From Felis catus (Eukaryota), in assembly GCF_018350175.1 (NCBI RefSeq), contig NC_058382.1, positions 51,028,001 through 51,092,000 on the forward strand: a DNA stretch of 64,000 nt, read 5' to 3'. This document shows positions 12,546-26,022 of this stretch, piece after piece (position 1 is the first letter of the stretch; each line of letters opens with the position of its first letter). The translations under genes were made by a program, and so were the position numbers. The notes below the pieces were generated by a model. The model did no database searches and was not told the DNA's origin. It saw nothing but the letters and a program-made list of their open reading frames with translations.

Positions 12546-12659
12546 ACTAAGGAGAAAAGTTCAGAGAGCATCAACTAGAATGCTACATACATTCACTGAC
12601 AAACTATCCCAGAATAGGCCTCCAAGCTCCATTTCACTGCTCTGACCTAAAGTGAGGCA

Positions 12660-13501
12660 CCTAAAATTGTGTTACCAGAAATGTTCATCCCCTGGCAGGA
12701 GAAGCCCCCCAACACACCAAAAAAAACAACAACCCTGGAATTTCATATCTCAGTAACAGAAAATGCACATTTATCAAACACATGTTTTTTTAAAATGACC
12801 AGGTACAGATCACGAAAGAATTCCCAACGATTTTAAAGAAGTGCCATTACGAAGACTATATTATCGATGATAGTATAATAAAATTTGAAATCAATGATAA
12901 AACATAGCTTAAAAGTCCCATGTATTCTGGGCAATAAAACTTTTTCATCTGTCAGTAAATTTGAAATTTTAGATTAAATGGATAATATTCATGATTAAAG
13001 AATGAATACTCGCAATTTACCTGAGAAATAGAAAACTGGACCAGATCACAAAAAATCAAAACAGTGGCAAACGTTCTTTCCCAAAAGTCACCTCGCTTAA
13101 GGAATCTCACAGATGAATGTTAACAAGCTTCCAGAATCCATATAATGCCATAAAAATCTCTCCTGATCATTTTTTAATGGGAACGTCTCCTCCAAGAGTC
13201 AGCAATTTACCAATTTACTTTGGGGCCTAGAGTTAGAAAAGAGTCTCAAATTTTGAGACTACGCTTCTTCAGAAAGAAAACAGCCAGTTCATTTGCCTTT
13301 AGGAGAGATGCCCACCAATTTGAATACAGTTATCCAAGATGGCCAACCAACAGGCAAGTCTTTTCAAAAGTCAAGATTATAGGTCGCTGAAGACAACATC
13401 ATACTATGGACGTTTGGTGTCTTTTCCTACTAGAAAACCAAGACATTAGAACCAACAGAAGAATTCCACTGGACACCACCAGCAAAAATAAACAAGAGGA
13501 C

Positions 13502-13532
<31 letters not shown>

Positions 13533-14890
13533 CGGGAGCAAAATTAATTTTAAAATATTGCGAAAACAAGCAGCATTGTGTAAAATATTTATGAAGTAGA
13601 TTCTGAAACTTTATTAAAGGACATAAAAGATACCTTAATAAATGCAAAAATATTCCATGTTTATGTGGGAAAGATTCTACACTATAAAGATAATATGTGG
13701 GTTAATTTCGAAAATCCAGTTAATCTAAAACTGAATGCAATTCCAAACAAAATCCAATCATGTCTCTGGGAACTTGACATATTGGGAGCACACTTTACTC
13801 TGAAGAATGACTGTATCAGTAAAGGTCTGAAAATAGCTTAAAAGTATGGAAATCAAATAAAGGGAACTCACAATGTCACAGTAATTAAAACAGCATACAT
13901 TTGGCACCAGAAGAAAAAACAATAGATCAATGGCACTGAATCGCTTAGTGCATGACACCTTACTACATGACAAATGGTGCAGAGAAGTGAGTTCATCATT
14001 TGGGGAATAATTAAATCCCTCCTCACACAATACATAAGAATACATGTTATGTAGATTAAATCTATTAGTGAAAAGGGAAACACAGGAGAAAAAAATGTAT
14101 GATGGATGTATGATGTTAGGGTTAGAACAGATTTCTTAAACAAGTCTAAAGGGGAAAAAACCCATGAAGTGTAAAAGGAAAAGCTCATAGATTTGGCTGT
14201 GTTAAAATTAGCAACATTTAACAACGAACAATGATGCAGACACAATCAATTTAAAATAGCAGGCCTTGAGAAGCCATTTGTAAGATGTATAACCAATAAG
14301 GAATAGACTACATAAAAATGTCCTAAAAAAAACCCATAACAAAAACCACAATATAGGAAAATGACCATACACTTCACAGGAGAAAAAAAAAAGTACACAT
14401 GGCAGACAGGCATAGAAAGAAATGTTTAAAACCTCAGTAGAAATCATTTAGGAAATGCTATTTTCTGGAAGCTATATTGATAAGATACTCTGTGAAGCAC
14501 TGTAGCAGGATTTTACAAAATTAAAAATGTGTGTATGTACACACTATGTGCGTTCCACCCTTCGTTCTAACAGCTAGAAGCCAGAGACAAACTAAATGTC
14601 CATCAGAGTGAAAGTGGAAATGAAATTTGCCAAATTCATGAAACAATACACCATCTACCAGGAAAAGCAATAAAATAAATCTACATTTGTTAATAATGAC
14701 AGATTTCCAACACATAACCTTGAGTAAAGCAAGCAACACTCAGAACGAGATCTAAACTAAAATACAATTTACGTATATTTTTTAAGGAACACAACACAAC
14801 CTAATATGTAGACATTAGAGAGATATTAGACCATGAATTAGGGGAATAAGGCAGGGAGAGAAGAATGGAACTGGAAATGTGAGTAAAGGT
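12660..14890 (+). mobile_element. Ancient L1M (L1ME-like) ORF2/3' remnants
   Basis: A-rich degenerate L1 motifs: aataaatgcaaaaatattccatgtttatg, cagtaattaaaacagcatacatttggcacc, aatagatcaatgg, cagatttcttaaacaag, aactaaatgtccatca. Confidence 0.7.
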
Positions 14891-14894
14891 CAAC

Positions 14895-15005
14895 AAGAAG
14901 AGGAGGAGGAGGAGGAGGAGGAGGAGGAGGAGGAGGAGAAAAACAAGGAGAAAGAGGAGAAGACGACGATGATGACGACGACGAAGACAAAGATGATGAT
15001 GACCA
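14895..15005 (+). repeat. Compound trinucleotide microsatellite (GAG)n then (GAC/GAT)n
   Basis: About 13 GAG units followed by mixed GAC/GAT units, directly visible. Confidence 0.9.
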
Positions 15006-15296
15006 ACACCAGTAATGATCTTCTTCATCTAACTGAAGAGCACACTGAACTGTGTGTACTGACATCCTCCACAGATAAAATAATTTTAAAAACAAACCAA
15101 AAGTAAAGTTTGAGTAGAAAAATGTTAAGTATGAGAGAATGGGGAAGAGAACTCCATTGTACAGAGAGGAAGACATCAAGGCATAATGAAGTCAAGTCCC
15201 TAAATTCAGAAGAAACTAAAACTAGTGATATGACTCTACCAGACAGCTGGGTGGGAAGGAGACAGGTGTATAACTGAGCTCAGGCATCACCTACCT

Positions 15297-15565
15297 CGGT
15301 TAATTTTCCATGGTTGCTGTCACAAATTACCTAAAATTTAGTGAATTAAGACAACACAAATTTATTGTATTACAGCTCTGTCGATCAGAAGCTCAAAATG
15401 GGTTTCACTGGGCTGAAATCAAGGTGCGGGCAGGGCTATGTTCCTTTTTGAAGGTTCTAGGGGAGGATCCATTTCTTTGCCTTTTCTAGCTTTTAGAGGC
15501 TGCCCACATGCCTTGGCCCATGACTCCCCTTCCTTCCATCTTCAAAGTTGATGTTGCATCTTCCT
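15297..15565 (-). mobile_element. MaLR LTR fragment (MLT1C/D-like)
   Basis: ttgctgtcacaaattacc...acaacacaaatttatt...ctgaaatcaaggtg...ccttttctagcttttagaggctgccc is a typical MLT1 in reverse orientation. Confidence 0.8.
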
Positions 15566-16149
15566 ATTGGAGTTAGAAGCTCAGCATTTCTCACTGAGGT
15601 ATCCACTAACCTAAGTGTTAAGGATAACGAAGGAGTAAGCGATGCAACAAGGCTAGCCTGGCCTCCCTATCTGTTTTATATAGTCTGTGTTACCTTTGAA
15701 ATCATTGTCCACTAGGCCCAGGGGGCAGTTATTAAACAACAAAAACAGCTGGGAAATAGAGACCTAGCATTTGGCAGAGAATCAGCTTTGAGCCTTGGTT
15801 GCCTAGACCAGCATACTAGGAATGGGGGCACAATGTCAGCTAATAAATTTATCCCCTAAAGTGAATGCAGTTAAAGATGTTTGGTTAGTGGTTTTCCTTT
15901 TAATGTACTATTTAATATTTGCAGACTTTTTAATCTTGCCTACAGTTTATTAAATTCTTCCCATTAAATTCTATCCACATAGCTTACTACTTAAACGTAT
16001 CATGCTCTGGAGTGCCACCTTCTCTCCTTTCCTAGAACATGCGTTTTCCTGGCATTTAACAAACTGTGCAGGAACAGATTAAAAAAAATTTTTTTTAATG
16101 CTATTAAATTGGAGCAATGACCAGAAACAAGCCTGATGAAGTGGCATGG

Positions 16150-16690
16150 TGCTACACATTAAAAAAGAAATATGGCAGCCTGGGACACACTACCTTGACT
16201 AAGTGATCAAAGTTAACATCCCAGTGAGAATTCCTGCCGACATCATGCACTTCCTGATAACTTCACCTGGGTGATATTTTCCAAAAAAACCCTAACCCCA
16301 GACTAATCATGAGAAAAACATAAAATCCAAATTGAGCAATATTCTACAAAAGGCTGAACCAATACTCTTCAAAACTGTCAAGGTCTTGAAAAGCAAGGGA
16401 GCAGTGAGAAACTAAGGAGACAGCACAACTCAATGCAATGTGACATCCTGATTGGGACTGTGGGACAGAACGGGGGCATTAGTAGAAAAACAGACGAAAT
16501 TCAAATAAAGTCTAGAATTTAGTTAACAATACTGTGCCAGTGTCAGTTCCTTAGTTTTGATGAATATATTTGGGTGATATAAGAGGCCAACACTAAGGGA
16601 AATTGGGTGAGGGGTATATGGAAACTTTCTCTACTCTATTTTCAACTTTTCTGTCAATCTACAGTTATTCCCAAATAAAATATTTTTTTA
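16150..16690 (+). mobile_element. L1MC-like 3'UTR fragment
   Basis: aagtgatcaaagttaacatc...actcttcaaaactgtcaaggtc...caactcaatgcaatgtg...gggtgaggggtatatggaaact...tcccaaataaaa. Confidence 0.8.
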
Positions 16691-16705
16691 AAAAAGGAAA
16701 TGTAA

Positions 16706-16900
16706 GGGGCGCCTGGGTGGCTCCGTCGATTAGGCATCCAACTTCAGCTCAGGTCATGATCTCACAGTTTGTGGGTTCAAGTCCCGCATTGGCCTCTATG
16801 CTGACAGCTCAGAGCCTGGAGCCTGCTTCAGATTCTGTGTCTCCCTCTCTCTCTGTTCCTCCCCTGTTCACACTCTGTCCCTCTCAAAAATAAATAAACA
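16706..16900 (+). mobile_element. CanSINE (SINEC_Fc-related)
   Basis: ggggcgcctgggtggctc head, (CT)-rich 3' part, aataaa. Degenerate TSD aaaaaggaaat(g/c)taa. Confidence 0.93.
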
Positions 16901-17546
16901 TTTTTTAAAAAGGAAATCTAAAAAAAATTTTAATATTTTTAAAATTTTTAAAAAGGACATCTGACTTATGACATATGGATATGACCAACTATTGCAAGAA
17001 AGGATCTTAAGAGGGACGGACAGACGGATGGACAGAAGGAAGGAAGGAAGGAGAAAGGGAGGGAGGAAGACAATAAGTCAATATCAATCAACAATAGCCA
17101 CAACCCCCACAATTTTGAGGGATTATTGCACTAAGTGCTTTATATACGGTATTTCCTTGTCACTTCAGCTTCAACTGACAGATATTACTAGAATCCACAT
17201 TTTAGAGAGGAAGCAGTGAAGGCTAAGAGGTTACCTACTCTGCCCAAGATAATCCTGCTTGGAGGAACTGAAATTCAGATTCAGAAGGTTTGTCCACAAA
17301 ACTCATCCTCTTTGGCACTAAGCTTGAACATTCTATGACCTCTTCCAACGCTTTCTGTCATTTTACACAAAAGCACATTCCAGTGAATTGAGTAAGGACT
17401 CAACCATGTCAGCCTACACATGGTCTTTGCTGAACAATTTAACAGAAAGCCACAATGAGGACTGTCCTCTATTTCCATGAGACACAAAGAAACAGGTAAG
17501 GTGCACATGGAGAGAAGTTCCTCTAGACATAAAAATACTCATCTGG

Positions 17547-17776
17547 GGGCGCCTGGGTGGCGCAGTCGGTTAAGCGTCCGACTTCAGCCAGGTCACGATC
17601 TCGCGGTCCGTGAGTTCGAGCCCCGCGTCAGGCTCTGGGCTGATGGCTCGGAGCCTGGAGCCTGTTTCCGATTCTGTGTCTCCCTCTCTCTCTGCCCCTC
17701 CCCCGTTCATGCTCTGTCTCTCTCTGTCCCAAAAATAAATAAACGTTGAAAAAATAAATTTTTTTTTAAATAAAAA
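17547..17776 (+). mobile_element. Young SINEC_Fc-type CanSINE
   Basis: Intact A box (tggcgcagtcgg) and B box (gttcgagccc). TSD aaaaatactcatctgg at 17531-17546 and 17777-17792. Confidence 0.97.
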
Positions 17777-19689
17777 AAAAATACTCATCTGGCAAGAAGA
17801 AAGCCACTAAATTCACTTTGAAACAATCACTCACTGACTTTCTCATGATGCTCTGACCATGAACTGGTCTGCTTAAATACCTGTACAGTGTAATTGTTAG
17901 GCTTAACCCTCCCTTTGTCTCCATCCCCCAGAATGTAATGCCTAGGAGGTTCATGCTTTTTGTCTCTTCTGTTCACTGGCATTTTCCAAAGGCCTAACAG
18001 AGTATCTGGGACTTAGCAGATATTCAAACAAATACCCCAAGAAGGGAAGGAAAGTGTGAGAGGGATGGAGAGGGTGGGGAGGGAAGGAAAGACAATTTAT
18101 CGAAGCAGAGACAATTCTGACTTCAGCCATTTTTATGCACCATCGACGGAAAGGAAGTTGGGAAGAAGTTTGGAGCATTTGCTTAATTCCCCAAACTTTA
18201 GGTCTGTATTCGGTAAAGGAATGGATTTTAAGGAAAGCTGAAAAAAAGCCCCCTTCTCCTGGGCTGAATTATCAATTTTAGAATATGAATTAGGTGGGCT
18301 TCACTCTCAGGGCAGGAAGCAAATTACCAAACTTTTTTCCAGATTCAAGACATCATTTGATTCATATTTTTTAATCCATACAAACACTGACACTAATTTT
18401 AAACCGCTATTTAAAAACGGAAGATAAAACCATGAAGAGCAGGAGTTTCAGCTGAAAAGCTCTGATGTGTTCTTCTCTTCCTGAACTTGTAAAGTACCTC
18501 ACGGCCCAAATCAACTGGTATTCTTCCAGAAGAAGAAATATTTCTGAACTATTTTCTTTTGAGCCCGTTGGGTGACAAATGAGACTGTTTTTGCCAAATT
18601 TCTACTTGCTTTTGAGTTCCTCTCTGGTGTGTAAAAAGTTGATTTATCAACTCAAGCAAAATCTTTTGAGGGTTTTTATCTTTTATATGGTCATGAAAAC
18701 ACTGTAATCAGTTCTGAATTTCTGATTAGAGTTAAGGGCCTTTCACGGACTCCATTTATTGTAAATGGGGACAATATCAAAAGAAGCCAATTTTAATAAA
18801 AGCCTCCCTCCAAAAAGATATGAGAAGCTTCCTCCTTCTGCTGTGATAAATACTTCCAGGTGGTATTTGATGGACAATAAGAACCCGGTGCATCTGGCAT
18901 TCATAGCAGAGTTTAGAATTAGAATTTTAGATCATGCTGGCAAGCCTGAGTAATTCTTTAATTCTTCAAATGGAACACAATTTGCTCAATCTTACACAGC
19001 ATTCTCACTTTAATTAAAATATACTGTACAATATAGAAATATTACATCAACTTGCAAAACCCTTCTTGATGGAAGTTGGAGGGGGCATCAAACACTGCTA
19101 TTTAATTATTTGTATTATACTTTGTCAAAAGAATCAAACATTGCCAGAGGGACCGTAACAGTTTCTCCCAGAGTTTATGGGAGCTAAGCATTACAAAAGG
19201 ATGCTATAGTGCCACTGAGCAGATGTGAACAGTTTTCATTTCTATAGAAAAGCTTTAAAAATAAATACAGAGATCTGCTTCTTGAGCGACTGGGTTTCCC
19301 CCAAACTTTCTCCTGTTCAAACGTTCTAAATGATATTTTCAGGAACAGCAACGCAGAAAGGGCAACGCCTAATTTAAGGCCAGATGGGTACTCATTGCTT
19401 TACACTGATCATCAACTTCAAAATTCAGTATCAAAAAAGGCATGTGGTGGTGTAAGCAGTTAATCACAAGCCTTTGAAATGTCGCCTATGTATCAGCCAG
19501 TGCTTCATCTAATCAAAGAGAAAAGTCCTGGGCGACAACGGGAGCTCTATCCAGACCCTCCCGCATCCCTGAAGAGCAAAATCAGACTGAGAATTGGTCT
19601 TCGGTGCCTGGACTACAAAAACCTGCAAACTTCTGCAAAGAGAATATAGTGCTTAGTCCTGCTAAATAAATTTCAGAAGTGGATTTTTA

Positions 19690-19916
19690 TTTTTTTTTTA
19701 ATTTTTTTTTCAACGTTTATTTATTTTTTGGGGGACAGAGAGAGACAGGGCATGAACGGGGGAGGGGCAGAGAGAGAGGGAGACACAGAATCGGAAACAG
19801 GCTCCAGGCTCCGAGCCATCAGCCCAGAGCCTGACGCGGGGCTCGAACTCACAGACCGCGAGATCGTGACCTGGCTGAAGTCGGACGCTCAACCGACTGC
19901 GCCACCCAGGCGCCCC
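19690..19916 (-). mobile_element. Young SINEC_Fc-type CanSINE
   Basis: Near-consensus body. TSD cagaagtggattttta at 19674-19689 and 19917-19932. Confidence 0.97.
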
Positions 19917-20429
19917 CAGAAGTGGATTTTTAAATGCTGCAAAGCAATTTCTATTCAGGCTTAGAATAGAGAATGGCCTTGTGGACTTCTTGCTCAGAAA
20001 AGGTGCATATTTTGAGCTCTCAGACAAGCATAAGAAATTTTTCTCGGTTGGGTCTATAAAAATGCATTAAAGACACTCACATCTCTATTAGGAGAATTTT
20101 ACCAAGTGACAGGAACATCCTCAAACTGGAGCTTTCATAGGCTTTTCACTTTTCTGAATTCATGAATGAATTACAGTCTGTATAACTAGCCGATTGTATA
20201 AATCTTCAAGACAATTGCCTCTGGAATTGGGCCCAGTACCATGACAACAAACTTCTTGGTTTTATCATTGAATTGTGCAAAATGTTCAGATTTTGCTCCT
20301 AAGCTGTTGCAACTCCATCCACTCTTTATTATATATACCCTAGAACTCAAGCTACAGGGAAGCAAAATATGAGAACTGCAAAAGAATTACTGTTTTCAAT
20401 TAGTTACTAGCCTACATCGTAGACCATCA

Positions 20430-20720
20430 CCATGTGACTTACAATAATGCCTTTTAGTGGGAGGAATAGATTTCTTTGCCTCCTAAATGGCAGACTTGGT
20501 CATGTGACCTGGATTAGCCAATGGGAGGTAATGGACATCCAATCAGAAGACCTAAAAGTCATTGCTCCTTTGTCCATTGATACTTTTTCCTATGCCATGT
20601 CCCAAATAGTGGCAGCTCCTTTAACCTGGATCCTGAAAGGATAAAGACATACAGAGCAAAGACACAGCTAAGCAGCCGACACTGCAGCTATAATGCAACG
20701 TGAACAAGACACACAAATCA
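20430..20720 (+). mobile_element. Old MaLR LTR fragment (MLT1I/J-like)
   Basis: cttggtcatgtgacctggattagccaatggga...cagctcctttaacctggatcctgaa...agcagccgac. Degenerate. Confidence 0.55.
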
Positions 20721-20729
20721 AAGGTGTTA

Positions 20730-21648
20730 ACTGGCTTCTCACTATGTTGATATTTACACTGATAGTGACAAATCAGTGATGGTAAAACTGTGGGAGTTTC
20801 AGCACCAATCAAGGTAGTGGCACCAAACAACAAAAGCAGTCATTATATTTTTCACTGCCACCCACTTGGAAGTAAAATAAAGGAAATCCAGCTTCACTTA
20901 ACAATGTCACCCATGAAGCAAAAAATCGTATTTAGTAAAATTAGATTGTATTACATTTTAATACTTGAGTATTCAACTCTTTAATAATTCTGTGACAAAA
21001 TAGAAATTATACATAAAATTTTGCTGCATGCCCGATATGGCAATTGTCTCAAGAATCACACCTGTGATCGCACTGATACTTTGCAAGGGTTTTAATGAAA
21101 CAAGCTACAAAAAGTTAATTGTGGTGGCAGATTCCACGTTGCCATGGAATCTTCAACCCTCAAGAAACTACCGTTTGTCAAGCTTTGGTACAGGATTAAA
21201 GAAGAATGTCCACAATTATCTGAAAAAGCTATTAAAATACTCTACCCCTTTCAATTACATATCTGTCCAAAGTTGGATTTTCTTCACACACTTCAGCCAG
21301 ATTGAATTCAGAAGCAGACATGGAAATCATGCTATTTTCTACTGTTGTTGTCATTAAAAAAAAAAAAAAAAAAACCTGCACAAATGTAAAACAATGCCTG
21401 CGTTCTCATTATTTTTTAATTTTTGAAAACTGTTTATAAAATATACAATTTATGTTACCAAGTGAATGGGTTCATTTTGTTATTTTTAATCAACTACTGA
21501 ATATATATTTTTAAAAATTATTAGCTTAAATTTCTAGTACAATAATCGGCACTGTATGTAACCCACATTAACAAAGACTCTTTGGGGGTCCTTGATAATT
21601 TTTAAAACCATAATGCTGTCCTGAGAACAAAAGTTTGAGATTTGCTGC
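20730..21648 (+). mobile_element. hAT-Charlie DNA transposon remnant (Charlie1a-like)
   Basis: tatgttgatatttacactgat...gcaccaatcaaggtagtggcacc. Terminal region tttgggggtccttgataattttt...tcctgagaacaaaagtttgagatttgctg. Confidence 0.75.
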
Positions 21649-22162
21649 TTTAGCATATTATCAATAATCTCATTTATCTTAATGAAATACACATTATAGC
21701 AGTTGCTTATTTTATTGTCATTTTTGAAAAGGAAAGAAGAAAAATCTATATTTTCTGAATCATAATCAATAGCATTCAAAAAGTTTTAATCTTTCAAAGG
21801 CGCTTATAGTAAACAGGAGGGTGTAGTGTATAACTAACAAGATATTGACATATATTCAGAAATCCTTTTTTTTTCAGTAGCTGCTATTCAAAGATGAGGG
21901 AATTACCCCAGTTTTACTCCTTATTACGTTGTTTATTATATGGGTTCCTTCTACTGAGACAGCAAGTCAGCAGAGATTTTTTAATTTTAACAATTAGAAA
22001 TTATACATAATATACATATATATACACATATATATGCATCTGTGTATGTGTACATGTCTATATACACAGACATAAACCTGGACACAGGTATCACCTTGGA
22101 CTCTAACAATAATTAATTGTGATTTTGCAGTTCGGTTCCCCGCACCTGAGGGACACAGACTC

Positions 22163-22605
22163 CATTAGTTTCCTATTGATACGATAACAAATTAAAGCCA
22201 CATAAATGTACTGCCTTCAAGTTCTGTAGGTCACAAGGCCAACACAGGTCTCATTGATTAAAATCAACATATTGGCAGGGCTGCATTTCCTTTCTAGAGG
22301 TTGTAGAGAAGAACTATTTCCTTGCTTTTTCCAGCTTCTAGAAACCTCCTTCAAAGCCAGCAATGTTACATATCTTGGTGTCTTTTTCTTGTGGCCACAT
22401 ATCCCTTTGATCACAGCTGGGAAAGTTTCAAAGGACCCTTGTGATTACTTTGGGGAATCCAGGATAATCTCCTCATCTCAAGATCCTTAACTTAATTCGC
22501 ATCTTCCGAATCTCTTTTGCCTTGAAAGATAACATATTCACAGGTTCCAGGAGTAAGTATGTGGTCTTCCTTAGCAGGGAGGGCATTATTTTCCCTACAC
22601 ACAGT
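22163..22605 (-). mobile_element. MaLR LTR (MLT1D-like)
   Basis: ttagtttcctattg...ttccagcttctaga...ggataatctcctcatctcaagatccttaacttaatt...taacatattcacaggttccagga. Confidence 0.85.
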
Positions 22606-24029
22606 CAAATAAAGCAAATGAGCTGTTTCTTTGTAAATCCTATCTGTGCATTAACATATACATATATCACAACAGTCCTGCTGAATGGCAAATAGTGGTT
22701 TGTAGTAAATGACCACTCACTGTATTGCAGTAATCTAAGACTTTCATCATAAAAAAAACCACTGTGACTCTGAAAACCAACCGTACATTAGGGGAAAGCC
22801 AAATCATCTGATGATTAAAATCACTAGTTGCCTATATATGGAAAACTATTACATGACATCACATTCCTACTGGCCCCTCCCACTGCACTTCTGGAGCTTA
22901 GTAACCACTGAAAGAATTAGACTCCTGTTAACATGGAGACATCCTTTATTCTTAGGCCATGCTTTCCAAAAAAGTAAAATGCTACAAAATGATTAAAAAG
23001 TAAACACATGCATCCAACACACACATATACCACCCTCACCCCAGCATCTCCCCCCTGAAACACACATTCGTTTGTCTGCAGCTCACTGGAATCTTTTCTG
23101 TTTTTGTGAGTAAAATTTGACTCTATAGGAATGTAAGTGTTTTTCACTGCAGCTGAAGATACATTCAACATTTGTTGTATGTTTGTAACCAAGGTGGTTG
23201 ATTATGGCAAATCATATTCCAAGACACTAACGGCTAGCGCAGGTCTGTCCTGGGCTGGGCCATGACTTGAAGTGCTGTGCAATGAGAGAGTCACCCATTT
23301 TCATATAATCATTTCCTGGCCTGAAGACTTCCAGCTTCTCTCAACTGAGTACAGACCAGCAATATTTGAGCAACAGGAAAATAATACCAGTTATAGTGAA
23401 GGTGAAACCAGGAACGATCTGTGACAGAAAAGACAAGTTTGGTACCAACCTCATGCAAGGTTAGTCTCTCCCTGCACACTGCTCTCTCCACAGCATCATT
23501 TGAGGTCAACAGTAAGACTTACACTGTGTACCTTCCCTCCCTTGCGGTGTGAGGGTGGAGGAGGAGCCTCTGGGGTGGATGTCAGGGTCCTGGCTGAGTA
23601 TAATCGATCAGAGCCAAAAGTCCTTACCATCAAAACTATGCAATTTGCATCACCTAATGTGGAAGGACAAACAGAAGTTATTGCTATTGTGCTTTCTCTT
23701 CCTTCTGTGTGTCAAGTCTGAGACTCCAAAGGCTTCAAAGTCTCTCTAAGAATGTTGTGGGCACTTACGTTCTTCTGACTGTGAGACTCTTACAGAATAG
23801 AACGGGCTTTCTCAGCGGGTGAGTTTTGTGTCACTGGAGATATTCAAAATGAAGCTGAAAGACCACTTTTCTGGATGTTCTTAGGGAGTTCCACATAAGA
23901 CTTTTCTATACCATCCTGTTTTAATGAAAACTATTGTCTACAAGATAGTTTTAACAACAACAAATGCTATACAACTTAGGTTTAATTCAAGTGTGAAAGA
24001 AAAGTCTATTTTAAGAGAGTACCAAATCA

Positions 24030-25130
24030 CGCTGACAAAAATTAACTCAGAATGAATCACAGACCTAAATGTTGGGAAAACTAATAAAGGAAAATCTCAC
24101 TAAAATGCAGTTGGGGAGTTTGGCAGGGGGAGCTCTCGTGTCCTACTACCCATCACAAATTGCAAATTCAACAGGAAGAGACAGAACTTGCCCACAGATA
24201 CTCTTTTACTAACCCAGCTGGAAGAAGAAAGGCTTTCCTGCTCCCCTGGCAACAGCCCAGCCAATGACGGACAGTCAAAACTCAGCCAATGAAAAGCTAC
24301 CATACATCAAACTCCCAGTTTACTCCAATGGCCTTTTTGTTTACAAGAGCCTTCCCAACTGCCCCCTTTCAAGGCGTGGTACCCTCCTTTTGTGCTGCGG
24401 ATTAGAGTATGGATTTGCCAGTTTGCTTGGCCTGGATTGCAATTTTCTTTCATCCCTAAATAAACCCATCTTTTGCTGATAAAACAGCAGTTTTGTTTTT
24501 AACGTTAACCTTACAAAAGCAAATACTGTAACATTTAAAGAGGAAAACATAGGAGAAAATCTTTGTGACCTTAAAGTAGGCAAAGATTTCTTAAGGCAGA
24601 GCAAAAGTAAATACATAAAAGAACCAAAAAAGAAAAAGAAATGACCAACTGGATTTTAACAAAATTAAAGACCTTTACTCTTCCTAAGTCACTGTACAGA
24701 AGATAAAAAGACAAGACATAAAATGAGCAGAAATATTTACAATACATCTATCTAGCAAAATTACCACATCCAGATCATATAAAGAACTCACAAGTGAATA
24801 AAAAGACAAAAATACAAAATTGTCGCTACAAAACAGAATACCTTAGCAAAGTATTTAGTCCATAAAAAGATGGACAAGTTCATTAGTCATTAATGAGGGA
24901 AATATATAAATACATAAAATATGTAAATATATAAAACCACAATGAGATATTAGTAACGGCTTTTAAAAAATGGCTGAAATTGAAAAGCTGACAATCCGCG
25001 CGTTGGTAAGAATGTGGGAAAAAAGTACAATGAAGCCAAGAGTGTGGTTAGACCAGCGATTCATTCCATAAGAAGAGATTTTTAAAATGTAACATATGGG
25101 GAAAAGCCACGTTTCAGAAAATATATTCTA
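24030..25130 (+). mobile_element. Old L1M ORF2 fragment interrupted by an LTR
   Basis: aaaattaactcagaatgaatcacagacctaaatgt continues after the LTR as ...aggaaaacataggagaaaatctttgtgacc...aaaattaaagacctttactc. Confidence 0.75.
24070..24510 (+). mobile_element. ERV1-class solo LTR
   Basis: Starts with TG. Repeated ccaat boxes (cagccaatga x2), aataaacccatc poly(A) signal. Interrupts colinear L1 sequence. Confidence 0.7.
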
Positions 25131-25154
25131 ATATTAAAAATCCAGGAATAAACA

Positions 25155-25362
25155 GGGCTCCTGGATGGCTCAGTCGGTTAAGGCTCTGACATCAGCTGGG
25201 GTCATAATCTCATGGTTCATGAGTTTGAGCCCTGAGTCGGGCTTCTCACTGACTGTGCAGAGCCTGCTTGGGATTCTCTCTCTCTCTCTGTCCCTCCCCC
25301 ACTCATGTTTGCTTGCTCGCTTGCTCTCTCTCGCTCTCTCTCAAAATAAATAAACTGAAAAA
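25155..25362 (+). mobile_element. CanSINE (older subfamily)
   Basis: gggctcctggatggctcagtcggttaag head, (CT)n, aataaa. TSD aaaaatccaggaataaa at 25136-25152 and 25363-25379. Confidence 0.93.
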
Positions 25363-25598
25363 AAAAATCCAGGAATAAAAATTAGAGAACTTAAAACAGC
25401 ATTCTTATCCTATTTTGGGTCCTAATCCCTCACTCCATTGTTTAGAATCCAATAAAAGTTACATACTCTTTTCTCTAAAAAGTACACAAATGCACAAAAT
25501 ATCCTTCTACCCTTCTTTCCTTTGGTTCAAATTGTATTACTTATTTAAATTCTAAATTTTTACAAAATGTTGGTAGTCTGAATAAGAAGGATTTTTTT

Positions 25599-25822
25599 TA
25601 ATGTTAATGTTTACTTATTTTTGAGAGAGAAAGAGAGACAGACCATGAGTGGGGAGGGGTAGAGAGAGAGGGAAACACAGAATCTGAAGCAGGCTGCAGG
25701 CTCTGTGCGGTCAGCACAGAGACCTATGCAGGGCTCGAACTCACGAACGGCAAGATCATGACCTGAGCTGAAGACCTGAGCCAAAGTCTGATGCTTAACC
25801 AACTGAGCCACTCTAGCACCCC
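25599..25822 (-). mobile_element. CanSINE
   Basis: Reverse SINEC body (gggctcgaactcacgaac...gcttaaccaactgagccac) with an internal short duplication (gacctgagc x2). Confidence 0.92.
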
Positions 25823-25840
25823 TTGAAGAATGTTTTTTTA

Positions 25841-26022
25841 GGGGCACCTGGGTGGCTTATTTGGTTGAGCCACTTAGGTCATGATCTCACAGTCCTGAGA
25901 TCAAGCCCCACATCAGCCCTGAGCATGGAGCCTACTGGAGATTCTCACTCTCCCTCTGCCCTCTCTCCCGCTTGTGTTCTCCTCTCTAAAATAAAAAATA
26001 AATACATAAAAATTGTTTCAAA
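25841..26022 (+). mobile_element. CanSINE (older subfamily)
   Basis: ggggcacctgggtggct head, gattctcactctccctctgcc, A-rich tail. aagaatgttttt at 25826-25837 and 26023-26034. Confidence 0.9.

Noticed and set aside
14801..15179. Poly-E, poly-L, poly-P/S ORFs
   Set aside because: They arise from the trinucleotide microsatellite in different frames.
17547..17625. tRNA-like A/B boxes in SINE heads
   Set aside because: They are tRNA-derived CanSINE heads followed by (CT)n, poly(A) and TSDs, not tRNA genes.
23309..23440. Minus-strand acceptor-like ttttctgtcacag with short open frames
   Set aside because: No convincing donor and no recognisable peptide.
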